Below are positions 36,790 through 46,851 of a stretch of DNA of 64,000 nt, in pieces. Source of the DNA: Bacteroidia bacterium (GTDB lineage Bacteria > Bacteroidota > Bacteroidia > SpSt-205); NCBI GenBank assembly GCA_026414975.1, contig JAOAHZ010000009.1, forward strand, positions 8,038 through 72,037, read 5' to 3'. Position 1 is the first letter of the stretch. Every line of letters starts with the position of its first letter. The position numbers and the translations under genes were made by a program. Under the pieces are notes generated by a model. That model saw only the letters and a program-made list of their open reading frames with translations. It did no database searches and was not told where the DNA came from.

Positions 36790-37398
36790 GTGGAAGCATA
36801 TGCCCGATTTCTATGGGATGCTCAGATTGTACAACTGCGCCTCATTCCCCCCTGGTTCAAATGGGTTTCAGGGATAGAAAGTCCTGTGTATGTGGATCAC
36901 AGAAGGCTGCTGGCCTACCCTGAGCAGCGAAAGTGGGCAATAGAAGAGCTGACAAGACGACTTACTCTCAACCCTCTAAGCTTTCAGGCCGTTGTGGGCG
37001 TGGCGACGGGGGGGATTCCTTGGGCTGCATGGCTTGGAGAACGCCTCCATCTGCCTGTGGGATACGTACGCCCCCACCCTAAGGGTCATGGCCTAAGCCG
37101 CCAAGTAGAAGGACTCACCCAGCCTACGAGCGTCTTAGTCGTAGAAGACCTCATTTCCACCGGAGAAAGCATGCAGCGAGCGACTGAAGCACTTCGAGCC
37201 GAGGGATTTTGTGTTTCGGCGGGAGCAGCCTTGTGGAGCTATGACCTCATCAGCTCTTCCCCTTTTACCCAGCCTGTGTATATCCTGCTGACCTTCCCCC
37301 AAGCTCTGCTTTATTGGGAGCGACTGGGGATATTGGATAGGGCAACTGTGGAGTTTCTAAAGCGATGGCACAGAACTCAGCAGCTCTCCCCTCCATGA
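36790..37398 (+). CDS. pyrE: Orotate phosphoribosyltransferase
   Basis: 'FKWVSGIESPVYVDHRRLLAYP' and the PRPP-binding 'VLVVEDLISTGES'. The GTG start at 36790 is 6 nt after the terminator T-run. The TTG at 36748 from the track lies inside the terminator and is rejected. Confidence 0.8.
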   Translation: MEAYARFLWDAQIVQLRLIPPWFKWVSGIESPVYVDHRRLLAYPEQRKWAIEELTRRLTLNPLSFQAVVGVATGGIPWAAWLGERLHLPVGYVRPHPKGHGLSRQVEGLTQPTSVLVVEDLISTGESMQRATEALRAEGFCVSAGAALWSYDLISSSPFTQPVYILLTFPQALLYWERLGILDRATVEFLKRWHRTQQLSPP

Positions 37399-37514
37399 AA
37401 AGCACCCTTGAACTGAAGGGGTTATCTGTGCTGAGCCTCCGCGAAAATGGAGCATGGACGGGTTATCTAAGCAGTCACTGTCTCCCTTTGACTTGAACCC
37501 TCTAAGAGAGGCGC

Positions 37515-37793
37515 TTAGCCCCGAATGTGAAAGTCGGAATCTCCTTGCAAAGGGAGCGCTTTTTCCACTTCCACCCGAGTCACTTGGGCTGCGGGAGAGC
37601 CCCGATGCGCCCACTGAACAAACCGCTCCAAGTCCTCCAGTACGCCTTCTACTTCGTTAAGCACCGAGCCGTCGGGCATATTTTGAGTAAACCCCGTAAG
37701 GCGGAGAGACCGCGCTGTCATCTGAGCATACTTACGAAAGAAGACGCCTTGGACTTTGCCGTACACCCGAACGCGCCAGCGCTCCCGAGTCAT
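37515..37793 (-). CDS. acyP: Acylphosphatase
   Basis: 'VRVYGKVQGVFFR...GFTQNMPDGSV'. Length 92 aa. Confidence 0.85.
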   Translation of the reverse strand: MTRERWRVRVYGKVQGVFFRKYAQMTARSLRLTGFTQNMPDGSVLNEVEGVLEDLERFVQWAHRGSPAAQVTRVEVEKALPLQGDSDFHIRG

Positions 37794-37794
37794 G

Positions 37795-38973
37795 TTAGTT
37801 TAGCCGCTCAAAGATGCCCGCAATACCTTGGCCTCCACCGACGCAAGCGGTAACCATCCCATATTTTTGGCCTCGCCGGCGCAACTCATTCAGAATCTGC
37901 ACTGTGAGCTTGGCCCCCGTACAACCCAGTGGATGCCCTAAGGCAATAGCCCCTCCATTGACATTCACTTTATCCATGGGCAGCTCAGCTTGCTGAATGA
38001 CCGCTAAAGACTGAGCAGCAAAGGCTTCATTCAGCTCTATCAAGTCTATATCCCCCAGTGAAAGTCCAGCCCGACGAAGGGCTTTAGGGATTGCTTCCAC
38101 AGGGCCGATGCCCATAATGCGTGGCTCTACGCCAGAGACAGCGTACCCTCGCAATACAGCCAAAGGAGTTAGATTGTGTCGCTTCAAGAAGGTCTCACTC
38201 ACGACTAATACAAACGCTGCTCCATCAGAGGTTTGAGAAGAGTTGCCGGCCGTAACTTGCCCATTCGCAGCAAATACAGGTTTCAGCTTGGCCAAGGCTT
38301 CTAAGCTGGTATCCGCCCGAGGTCCCTCGTCTGTATCATGCGTGTATTCCCGTGTTTGCTTTCGGCCGTTCTCCACCACAACTTCCCGGACGCGGAGGGG
38401 GACGATTTCCTCCTTGAACTTGCCTGCTTGAATGGCAGTGATAGCTTTTTGATGAGAGTGGAGGGCAAACTCATCGGCTTTTTCGCGTGTGATGCCGTAT
38501 TTTTTAGCAACCTCTTCGGCGGTCATGCCCATACCATAGTACCAGTCGGGCGCATGCAAGGCATATTCATAGTTAGGCGCAATCTTATACCCTCCCATCG
38601 GAACGAGAGACATGGTTTCTGTTCCACCTGCTAAGATGGCGTCGGCATCTCCAGAACGGATTTTGGATACAGCCATGGCAATCGCCTCTAAACCCGAAGC
38701 GCAGTATCGGTTGATGGTTACGGCGGGCAGCTCCTTGCCTACAGCACGCAGAGCGATATATCGCGCCATATTCAAGCCCTGTTCGGCTTCAGGAATAGCG
38801 TTGCCACAGATAAGATCGTCTATCTCTGTGGCGAAGTTGATTTGAGGCAAGGTTTGTTTGATCTTCTCTATAACGGCGACCGCCATGTCATCGGGACGGA
38901 CGGTGCGTAAGCGCCCTCGAGGGGCTTTGCCAACGGCCGTGCGAAACCCCGCAACGATGTAGGCTTCCTGCAT
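37795..38973 (-). CDS. Acetyl-CoA C-acetyltransferase (thiolase)
   Basis: Thiolase motifs 'NRYCASGLEAIAMA', the C-terminal 'GGGQGIAGIFE', and an active Cys near the C-terminus 'ACVGGG'. Confidence 0.9.
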   Translation of the reverse strand: MQEAYIVAGFRTAVGKAPRGRLRTVRPDDMAVAVIEKIKQTLPQINFATEIDDLICGNAIPEAEQGLNMARYIALRAVGKELPAVTINRYCASGLEAIAMAVSKIRSGDADAILAGGTETMSLVPMGGYKIAPNYEYALHAPDWYYGMGMTAEEVAKKYGITREKADEFALHSHQKAITAIQAGKFKEEIVPLRVREVVVENGRKQTREYTHDTDEGPRADTSLEALAKLKPVFAANGQVTAGNSSQTSDGAAFVLVVSETFLKRHNLTPLAVLRGYAVSGVEPRIMGIGPVEAIPKALRRAGLSLGDIDLIELNEAFAAQSLAVIQQAELPMDKVNVNGGAIALGHPLGCTGAKLTVQILNELRRRGQKYGMVTACVGGGQGIAGIFERLN

Positions 38974-38987
38974 GCAGCAAATATACG

Positions 38988-39665
38988 CTACCTATGCCAC
39001 GGGGAGAGCGCCTCGTGAGGCAGTTCTCCAGACAGTCGAAATATCTCGCCCTCGGGCTGTATCTCTATGCTTAGAATGCCGATGAGAGTGTATTTGATGA
39101 GAATTTTTCGCGCTTTCCACCCTTCGCGCGGACCAAGTAGCAGGCGCAAAGTCCTCTCATCAATGAAAGGATGCTTGCGAAGGTAGGTCAAGAGTCGCTC
39201 CTCAGCGCGCCGATAGTAAATGTGCTGGGGCAGTTTTTGGGCTTTCCATAAGGCTTCTAAAAGCCCACCAGCGAGGCGCGTTTTATCCCCTACTCGCACA
39301 TAAGCCCGAAGCGTCCCATCCTCTTCCCTCACGTAGTAGGGGCGCAGGTCGGGACGCATAGGCACTTGCACTTCCAAAACCTGCTTAGCTTCCCAATCAT
39401 GAACCGTCGTAGCGAAATGAATAGGGGGGACCACGTAGCGAGTCGCAGCTAACTCCACCATGTAGAATTCCTGCTCAGGGTCTACGCCGCAGATTTTACC
39501 GTTGTCTTTGACGCCGATTAGCAGAGCCCCTCCTTCTGTATTGGCAAAAGCAGAAAGGGTGCGAGCGATTTTCCGAGCGCTTTCTATGCGCTGCTTGAAG
39601 TCTAAGTGCAAACCCTCTCCCGCGGCTATGCGAGCCAGCAGGGGTGAGCTTTCCCACCCCGCCAT
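38988..39665 (-). CDS. AlbA_2 (Schlafen-like 'putative DNA-binding') domain protein, short form
   Basis: 'HLDFKQ...LSAFANTEGGALLIGVKDNGKICGV' is the AlbA_2/AAA_4 core. The start was chosen at M48 (39665) to avoid overlapping fabG; the track ORF runs to 39806. Confidence 0.55.
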   Translation of the reverse strand: MAGWESSPLLARIAAGEGLHLDFKQRIESARKIARTLSAFANTEGGALLIGVKDNGKICGVDPEQEFYMVELAATRYVVPPIHFATTVHDWEAKQVLEVQVPMRPDLRPYYVREEDGTLRAYVRVGDKTRLAGGLLEALWKAQKLPQHIYYRRAEERLLTYLRKHPFIDERTLRLLLGPREGWKARKILIKYTLIGILSIEIQPEGEIFRLSGELPHEALSPWHR

Positions 39666-39702
39666 ACCCCGAAGGTAGCAAATAACCATGTATGTTCGCG
39701 TC

Positions 39703-40425
39703 ATGCGTTTCTCGGACCAAGTCATTCTCGTAACGGGAGGTACTCGCGGTATCGGTAGAGCTATTGTGGAAAAGCTATTGGCTGAAGGGGCTCGAGTAGC
39801 CTTCACCTACCGAGGCTCTAAGGAACTTGCGGATTCCCTTATTCAACAAGCCCCTGACCGTCTCCTCGCCTTTCAAGCCGACGTAACCGATTCTTCACGC
39901 ACGGAAGCTGTCATCGCTGAAGTACTGAAGGCTTGGCAAAAAATTGACGGCCTTGTCAACAACGCCGGCATCACTCAGGATAACCTCCTCTTGCGCATGA
40001 GCGAAGCCCAGTGGGATACGGTCATTACAACGAATCTCAAGGGGCCATTCTTGTACAGCAAAGCGGTACTCAAGCCCATGCTCGCTCAGCGCCGAGGTTC
40101 TATCGTGAATATCACTTCTATTGTAGGCCTTCAAGGTAACCCCGGCCAAGCTAACTATGCCGCCGCTAAGGCTGGTCTCATCGCCTTCACGAAATCGCTT
40201 GCCAAGGAGGTAGGGTCCCGCAACATCCGAGTGAACGCCATAGCCCCTGGTTTCATTCGGACCGACATGACGGCGGATCTCCCCGCAGAAGAATGGAAGA
40301 AGCGTATCGCCTTGGGTCGGCTCGGCGAACCGCAGGAGATAGCTACGCTTTGCGCCTTTCTGTTATCAGACGAAGCTTCGTACATTACAGGACAAGTGCT
40401 CGTCGTTGATGGAGGCATGCTATAA
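39703..40425 (+). CDS. fabG: 3-oxoacyl-[ACP] reductase
   Basis: 'VILVTGGTRGIGRAI', 'NAGITQDNLLLRM', 'YAAAKAGLIAFTKSLAKE'. The alternative start is 39688. Confidence 0.85.
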   Translation: MRFSDQVILVTGGTRGIGRAIVEKLLAEGARVAFTYRGSKELADSLIQQAPDRLLAFQADVTDSSRTEAVIAEVLKAWQKIDGLVNNAGITQDNLLLRMSEAQWDTVITTNLKGPFLYSKAVLKPMLAQRRGSIVNITSIVGLQGNPGQANYAAAKAGLIAFTKSLAKEVGSRNIRVNAIAPGFIRTDMTADLPAEEWKKRIALGRLGEPQEIATLCAFLLSDEASYITGQVLVVDGGML

Positions 40426-40552
40426 GGAGCCGGGAGAAAGTAGTCGTTTCCGAGCCGACGCCTCTAACCTTGCAGGTCTGATGAGCTAAGGGATACCCTC
40501 TACCTTCTAACCTTTCTCAGAAGCGATAGCCCAACTGTCGTAAGTTTGCCAG

Positions 40553-41461
40553 ATGCGGGTCTTAGTTACAGGGGCAAGAGGTCTTATCGGGTATCATGTC
40601 GCCCAAGTTCTCACAGAGCAGAAGGTTGAGCCGGTCCTGACCAGTCGGGGCGAGGCCCCTTTCCCCAACCTTCCATACAGAGCTCTTGATCTGACTCAGC
40701 GAGACGCTGTCCATCAGCTTATCCGAGATACGAGCCCTGATGTGGTCATTCATAGTGCTGCGATGACCTTAGTGGATGCCTGTCAAGAGCAGCCAGCGGT
40801 GTGCTGGCTCCGGAATGTGACGGCTACCCGTTACCTTTTGGAGGCGCTGACAAAAGAAAAGCCTCAGGCTCATTTTATCTTTGTTTCCACGGACTTTGTG
40901 TACGATGGCTTTCCTGCTGAAGAGCGACCTTATGTAGAAGGGGATTATGAAGCTCCCCTATCGGTCTACGGAGCAAGCAAGTTAGCGGCTGAAGCATGGG
41001 TAAAGCTCTATCCGGGACCTTGGACTATCGCTCGTACAGCCCTCGTATATGGATGGACGCCTACTTTACCGAGAGATAACATCCTCCTGCGAGTGATTCA
41101 TCGCCTCAGCCAAGGTGGAGTCATCCAACTCTTTGCCAACCAGGTACGCACGCCAACATGGGCGAGAGATGTAGCAATAGGGCTCTTTCTCTTAGCTGAA
41201 AAAAGAGCCCAAGGACTCTATCACATAGCGGGTTCGGATATAGAGACGCCCTATACCTTTGGACAAAAGGTAGCTAAGGTTTGGAACCTGCCGGGAGAAC
41301 TGATCCAGCCCATTACGGAACTTGACTTCCGTTCTCCAGCTCCGCGCCCGCCTTATAGCCCGCTTTCAATAGCAAAAGCTCGTGCCATAGGGTACAACCC
41401 CCATACCACAGAAGAAGCGCTTCAGCTCTTACATAGTACTACGATATGGGTCAGAGGCTAA
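40553..41461 (+). CDS. rfbD: dTDP-4-dehydrorhamnose reductase
   Basis: Colinear with RmlD: 'VLVTGARGLIG', 'STDFVYDG', 'YGASKLAAE', 'RTPTWA', 'GLYHIAG'. Confidence 0.75.
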   Translation: MRVLVTGARGLIGYHVAQVLTEQKVEPVLTSRGEAPFPNLPYRALDLTQRDAVHQLIRDTSPDVVIHSAAMTLVDACQEQPAVCWLRNVTATRYLLEALTKEKPQAHFIFVSTDFVYDGFPAEERPYVEGDYEAPLSVYGASKLAAEAWVKLYPGPWTIARTALVYGWTPTLPRDNILLRVIHRLSQGGVIQLFANQVRTPTWARDVAIGLFLLAEKRAQGLYHIAGSDIETPYTFGQKVAKVWNLPGELIQPITELDFRSPAPRPPYSPLSIAKARAIGYNPHTTEEALQLLHSTTIWVRG

Positions 41462-41498
41462 TCATAGAATCAGCAGACGCTCCTGCTGATTTATAGAC

Positions 41499-43697
41499 AT
41501 GCCCCAGCGGGTAATCATAGCCTCAGCAGGCTCGGGTAAGACCCAGCGTCTTGCCCAGCTCGCCATAGAAACCCTCATCTCGGAGAAAGAGCCTCGTGGC
41601 GTCTTAGCTATTACCTTCACCCGCAATGCAGCCGCTGAATTGCGAAATCGTATCTTGAGCCTTCTTATTCAAGAAGCCGCTGCCAGCCCCTACCATCAGT
41701 GCCTCGCCCGCCTCATCATCCTCGGACAAGTCCCGCTCTACACCCAGACCATAGATAGCTTAGTCCGAGAGCTTTATCACAGAATCGCCCCTATGTTGGG
41801 TGTCGCCGTTTACGACCATCTCATCGTAGAAGAGGAAGAGTACATAGAAATAGCCCATACGCTGAGTCAAGCTATCCTAACCCACCATCACTCGCCCGAA
41901 ACAAAGCGCCTCTTACTCTTAAGCATTCAGAAAGAGATAGAGGAGCGGGCTCGACGCATAGACCCCGAAAATTTCCTTCAACGACAGCTCTTTCAGCTTA
42001 CCCGAGAAGGTCCCCTAAAGCTCACTGTGCGGAAAGCCCTCTATCATGCCATCCTATCCGGACGCCTGGACAACCTCAATCAAGAATGGCGAGAGGCCCT
42101 ATCCCTGGACAAGCGAGAAGCCCTTTTTATCCCGCTTCTTATACACGCCCTTGAACGCTATAGAGAAGAACATCAGCGATTATTCTTGTCGGACATCTCT
42201 GCACTCGTACAGCTTACAGCACGCCACCTTGGAGAGCTTATAGCGGAGCACGCTGCTTTCTACAGCCATCTCCTCGTGGATGAAGCTCAGGATACCTCAC
42301 CTCAGCAGTGGGACATACTACGCCCTATTATCCAAGAACTCCAAGGTTCTAATAAAGGCATGGTTACTCTTATCGGCGACCCCAAGCAATCCATCTACGC
42401 TTGGCGTGAAGCAGATTTCCGAGAGCTTCTCTCCTTTTACGAGCAATCCGATTATCCCGAAAATCTGACCGAGAACTTCCGAAGTGCCCCCGAAATAGTC
42501 CGCTGGAATAACGCCCTCTACTCTACTTTAGCCTCCTATCTTGAGCCGTTTTTAGATCAAAAGAGCCCTAAGAACCGCCGCCAAACCACTGCTGGTAGTT
42601 CCAAAACCCTGGCCGTACGATACATAGAGAATCTTTACAACACAGCCACAGCCTCTCAGACACCCGTTCAAACCGAATGGAGGGGTAAGGTACGAGTGAT
42701 TCGCCTGCCTTTTACGAAGGATCAAGAGGCACTCAAGCAACTAAGAGGCGATGAACTTAGAAAAATTTTAGAGGAGCTGAAATCCGAAGGCATCCCGCCT
42801 GAGGAAACGGCTTTCCTTGTGCGTAGAAATGACGATATACAAAGCCTTTTAGAACTTTTACCGGACCACCCTCTACAAGTCCAGCAGATATCCCTCGGCA
42901 GTTGTGCTTCTCTCGCTGTTACTATAAGCAGCATGTCAGGCGAGATAGACCCCGTGAAGCAAACCTACCTTGAGCAGCACGACTTCACGCACTTATCCTC
43001 TACCCTACAATCCGCTTTATCTGCAGCATTTACGCCTCTGGAAAAATGGCAAGCATTCTATGAAGTAGCGGAGATATGGATGAAGAAATTGCCCGAGGAG
43101 GCGCCTTTCTGGAAACTCTTTCTATCCCATTTGCACAGCTTTTTATATCGCCACCCGATGTATGGACCAGATGAAATAGAACGATGGTGGGACGCTAAAG
43201 CGCAGCATATCCCCTTAGAGACCCCTCCTAAGCCAGGGACTTATCCAGTCCTCACAATCCATAAATCCAAAGGACTCGCATGGGATGCCGTGATTATTCC
43301 CTTCGCAGAGTGGGGACTTTTAGATGTAAGGTGGCCCTATCCAAAATGGCGTCTTGTGAGACGAGAGCAGCTCCCCCCGCCCTTAGCGGAGGCATTTTCA
43401 GGAATGGAGTCGCTATTTCCTTCCGCCGTACCACTCCTTTTGAAGATTTCTGCCCAGACCGACTCCCTGAAGCCCTTGTACGAAGATTATGTGACCGAGC
43501 AAATCATAGAAAACCTCAATCTCCACTATGTAGCTACGACTCGCCCACGCCGATATTTATACCTTCTTGCGGCTGAACCCAATCCAAAGGCTCACAGCAT
43601 CAAGGGGCCTTACACATGGCGCGGGTTTTGGACAGACCCTAAGCTAAGCGGCCATTTGTGGTCAGACCCTTCTCCCCATGTCAGCGAAAGGTCATAG
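41499..43697 (+). CDS. UvrD/Rep-family (superfamily 1) DNA helicase-like protein, 732 aa
   Basis: Motif I 'ASAGSGKTQ', Ia 'ITFTRNAAAEL', II 'LLVDEAQDTS', V 'TIHKSKGLAWDAVI', VI 'LHYVATTRPRRYLYL'. Confidence 0.75.
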   Translation: MPQRVIIASAGSGKTQRLAQLAIETLISEKEPRGVLAITFTRNAAAELRNRILSLLIQEAAASPYHQCLARLIILGQVPLYTQTIDSLVRELYHRIAPMLGVAVYDHLIVEEEEYIEIAHTLSQAILTHHHSPETKRLLLLSIQKEIEERARRIDPENFLQRQLFQLTREGPLKLTVRKALYHAILSGRLDNLNQEWREALSLDKREALFIPLLIHALERYREEHQRLFLSDISALVQLTARHLGELIAEHAAFYSHLLVDEAQDTSPQQWDILRPIIQELQGSNKGMVTLIGDPKQSIYAWREADFRELLSFYEQSDYPENLTENFRSAPEIVRWNNALYSTLASYLEPFLDQKSPKNRRQTTAGSSKTLAVRYIENLYNTATASQTPVQTEWRGKVRVIRLPFTKDQEALKQLRGDELRKILEELKSEGIPPEETAFLVRRNDDIQSLLELLPDHPLQVQQISLGSCASLAVTISSMSGEIDPVKQTYLEQHDFTHLSSTLQSALSAAFTPLEKWQAFYEVAEIWMKKLPEEAPFWKLFLSHLHSFLYRHPMYGPDEIERWWDAKAQHIPLETPPKPGTYPVLTIHKSKGLAWDAVIIPFAEWGLLDVRWPYPKWRLVRREQLPPPLAEAFSGMESLFPSAVPLLLKISAQTDSLKPLYEDYVTEQIIENLNLHYVATTRPRRYLYLLAAEPNPKAHSIKGPYTWRGFWTDPKLSGHLWSDPSPHVSERS

Positions 43698-45618
43698 CAG
43701 GCGAGGCGTTATCTTAGCCTTGGGAATTGTATTTGGCGATATTGGCACATCCCCTTTGTATGCGTTGGATGCCCTGGCTCGTGGAAAGCCGATCACAGAA
43801 CCCCTCGTGTTAGGAGGGCTTTCTCTCATATTTTGGGCTCTGACCTTGATTGTCTCTATCAAGTATGTTCTTCTCGTGATGCGAGCCGACAATCACGGGG
43901 AAGGAGGCATTTTCGCTATGTATTCGCTTCTTCGGCATTATACGCCTTGGATCGTTCCCTTAGTGATTGTCAATGCAGCGATGGCTTTCTCCGATTCTAT
44001 TTTCACACCCGCCATCTCAGTATCCTCAGCCATAGAAGGTCTCCAGCTACATATACCGACTCTCCGAACTGTCCCTATCGTAGTAGCTATCATTATCGGT
44101 CTATTTTTGATCCAGCAGTTCGGTACGGAATGGATAGGAGGCATTTTCGGTCCCATCATGCTGTTGTGGTTTGTATTTATTGGGGGGGTGGGAGCGTGGA
44201 GACTCATAGAGTCTCCTCAGGTTTTGGCTGCGATTAATCCAGCTTATGCTTTAGACCTGCTGCGCACCCATCCAGAGAGCTTCCTGCTACTGGGAGCGGT
44301 ATTTCTGGCTGTGACGGGCGTAGAGGCTCTGTATGCAGATATGGGACATGTCGGACGAGATTCTATTCGGCGGGCTTGGCTCCTTGTAAAGCCAGCTTTA
44401 CTACTCTCTTACTTTGGACAGGGGTCTTGGATGCTTACCCAACGACAGGGAGCGATTTTAGGTGAAGCCGAGAAACCCTTTTTTGCTATGTTACCTGAAG
44501 GCTGGCTTTTCGTCGGCGTAGGTATCTCTACCATTGCTACCATCATCGCCAGTCAAGCTCTCATCACGGGAGCCTATACGCTATTTAGCGAAGCCAACCG
44601 ATTGGGCTTTTGGCCGCGAATGCGCGTGCTTTACCCTGCCACGACTCGTGCTCAAATGTATGTACCCTTCATCAACTGGGTTCTACTCACCTTAGTTCTA
44701 CTGATTGTTCTCACCATGCAGCGCTCCAGTGCGATGGAAGCGGCTTATGGCTTATCCATCAACCTCTCTCTTCTCATCACGACTCTGCTTCTGGCGATTT
44801 TTTTCTGGTGGAGACTGAGGTCCCTGCGTAGCTTAGCTCCTATCTTACTAAGTGTATTTCTGCCGATAGAGCTGGTCTTCCTGTATTCTAATCTCCACAA
44901 GGTTCCCGAGGGAGGATGGATAGCCTTGGCCTTGGGAGGGGGGGTAACGCTCATCATGAGCTTATGGCTATGGGGAGAGCGGGTCAAACGGCGATTCAGC
45001 GACCTGGTAGAGTTTCGCCCGTATGTGGAGCGGCTGGCAGCTCTCTCAGAAGAAGAAGCCCTGCCTTATTTTGCCACACATCTCATATGTCTCACGACCA
45101 GCCCTTCTGTGGAAAAGGTGGAACATCGCTTACTTTACGTCTTGCTACAACGACAGCCTAAGCGAGCCCGAACCTATTGGTTTGTCCACGTTGCTGTTAG
45201 TGAAACTCCCTACGAAGCCTCCTATCAGCTCCACACATATGTGAAGGGGAAACTCTATCGGGTTACCTTCTTCATTGGATTCAAACTTCAACCTCGGGTA
45301 GGGTTGCTCCTACGTCAGGTAGTGGGCGAACTTGCCAGCCGAGGGGAAATAGACCTTCTTAGTCCTTACCCTAAGCTGCGAGTTCATAACATTCAAGGTG
45401 ACTTCCGTTTTCTCTTTGTCCGACGGGTTATCAACTGGGACAGCCGATTTTCACCTCGGGAGCGTTTAGCTCTTCAACTTTATCAGCTATTGGATAAGTT
45501 GTCCCTGCCTGTGGAGAATGCTTATGGGATAGAGGTTGCGGCGCTAACTCAAGAACGGGTGCCTCTAACTACACCTGAGATTCCACCTAACTTACGATTG
45601 AAGCAGCGCTTGACCTGA
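43678..45618 (+). CDS. kup: KUP/HAK/KT potassium uptake transporter
   Basis: 'LALGIVFGDIGTSPLYAL' and ~12 TM segments. Length 646 aa. It overlaps the helicase 3' end by 20 nt. Confidence 0.85.
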   Translation: MSAKGHSRRGVILALGIVFGDIGTSPLYALDALARGKPITEPLVLGGLSLIFWALTLIVSIKYVLLVMRADNHGEGGIFAMYSLLRHYTPWIVPLVIVNAAMAFSDSIFTPAISVSSAIEGLQLHIPTLRTVPIVVAIIIGLFLIQQFGTEWIGGIFGPIMLLWFVFIGGVGAWRLIESPQVLAAINPAYALDLLRTHPESFLLLGAVFLAVTGVEALYADMGHVGRDSIRRAWLLVKPALLLSYFGQGSWMLTQRQGAILGEAEKPFFAMLPEGWLFVGVGISTIATIIASQALITGAYTLFSEANRLGFWPRMRVLYPATTRAQMYVPFINWVLLTLVLLIVLTMQRSSAMEAAYGLSINLSLLITTLLLAIFFWWRLRSLRSLAPILLSVFLPIELVFLYSNLHKVPEGGWIALALGGGVTLIMSLWLWGERVKRRFSDLVEFRPYVERLAALSEEEALPYFATHLICLTTSPSVEKVEHRLLYVLLQRQPKRARTYWFVHVAVSETPYEASYQLHTYVKGKLYRVTFFIGFKLQPRVGLLLRQVVGELASRGEIDLLSPYPKLRVHNIQGDFRFLFVRRVINWDSRFSPRERLALQLYQLLDKLSLPVENAYGIEVAALTQERVPLTTPEIPPNLRLKQRLT

Positions 45619-45642
45619 AGACAAGGATATTACCTTTGCCTC

Positions 45643-46569
45643 ATGCCGAAAGTTTCCATCATCGGAGCTGGAAATGTAGGAGCCACCGCTGCAGATGTCA
45701 TCGCTCGCTCTGGCTACTGCCATGAAGTCGTCCTCTTAGACATAAAGCCAGGATTAGCTGAGGGTAAAGCTTTAGATATAGCCCAGACGTCACCTCTATT
45801 GGGCTTTGACACCAAGGTACGGGGCGTAACAAACGAGTACAAAGCCATTGCAGATTCTGACATTGTGGTGGTCACCTCAGGGCGACCCCGAAGCCCAGGT
45901 ATGAGCCGAGACGACCTCGTCCATGTTAATGCTGAAATCATCAAGTCCGTCATGGAGCCAGCCGTATTCTACGCACCCAACGCTATATTCATCATCGTAA
46001 CCAACCCCTTGGACACAATGGCTTATTACGCCTACAAGCTCTCTCGCCTGCCCTCCCAGCGCGTGATAGGAATGGCAGGTGTTTTGGATACGGCTCGTTA
46101 TCGGTATTTCTTGGCTCAAGAGCTGAACGCCTCTGTACAAGACATACAAGCGATGCTATTGGGGGGACATGGAGACACCATGGTGCCTCTACCGCGTTAT
46201 ACCACTATCAGTGGCATCCCCGTCACAAACCTCTTATCCGAGGACAAACTTAATGCGATTATTGAACGGACTAAGTTTGGCGGAGGGGAGATTACCAAGC
46301 TCATCGGTACTTCCGCCTGGTATGCCCCAGGAACGGCCGTTGCGCAGATGGTGGCCTCTATCTTACTGGACCAAAAGCGCATCCTTCCCTGCAGCGTCTA
46401 TTTACAAGGTCAGTACGACCTACATGATATCTATGTAGGAGTCCCTGTAAAACTGGGACGAAACGGCGTAGAAGAAATCATCCAGCTCGCCCTCACCGAA
46501 AGTGAGAAGAAGCTCCTCCATACCTCAGCCGAAGCTGTGAGAGCCATGAATGCCGTACTGAAGTTCTGA
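45643..46569 (+). CDS. mdh: Malate dehydrogenase (LDH-like type)
   Basis: 'KVSIIGAGNVGAT', 'DIVVVTSGRPRSPGMSRDDL', 'IIVTNPLDTM'. Confidence 0.9.
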   Translation: MPKVSIIGAGNVGATAADVIARSGYCHEVVLLDIKPGLAEGKALDIAQTSPLLGFDTKVRGVTNEYKAIADSDIVVVTSGRPRSPGMSRDDLVHVNAEIIKSVMEPAVFYAPNAIFIIVTNPLDTMAYYAYKLSRLPSQRVIGMAGVLDTARYRYFLAQELNASVQDIQAMLLGGHGDTMVPLPRYTTISGIPVTNLLSEDKLNAIIERTKFGGGEITKLIGTSAWYAPGTAVAQMVASILLDQKRILPCSVYLQGQYDLHDIYVGVPVKLGRNGVEEIIQLALTESEKKLLHTSAEAVRAMNAVLKF

Positions 46570-46721
46570 CCAAGCTAATACCGGTCCCCACGAATAAGGC
46601 TTGTCCTGTCCGCCTGCGTGATTTGATTTCTGAGAGAAGGCAGGTTCAGACCTAAGCTGGCAGACCCTTAGCTGAGAGCAGGGGGCTTTATCACGGATTC
46701 AGACAGCGAAGACCTCAGCAT

Positions 46722-46750
46722 AAGAGGAGTAAGGCGAATCCTCTTTTTTC
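46722..46750 (+). terminator. Candidate intrinsic terminator ~150 nt downstream of mdh
   Basis: AAGAGGA-gtaaggcgaa-TCCTCTT followed by a T run (tttttt). Confidence 0.4.
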
Positions 46751-46851
46751 CAGTTCGCATCTGCATTCTTGCTTGGCCAGCTTATTAGCCAGCTTCAAAA
46801 CTCACAACCTTTCCACAGCTTAGTCCTAAGCTATGCCGCTACATTTGAAGG

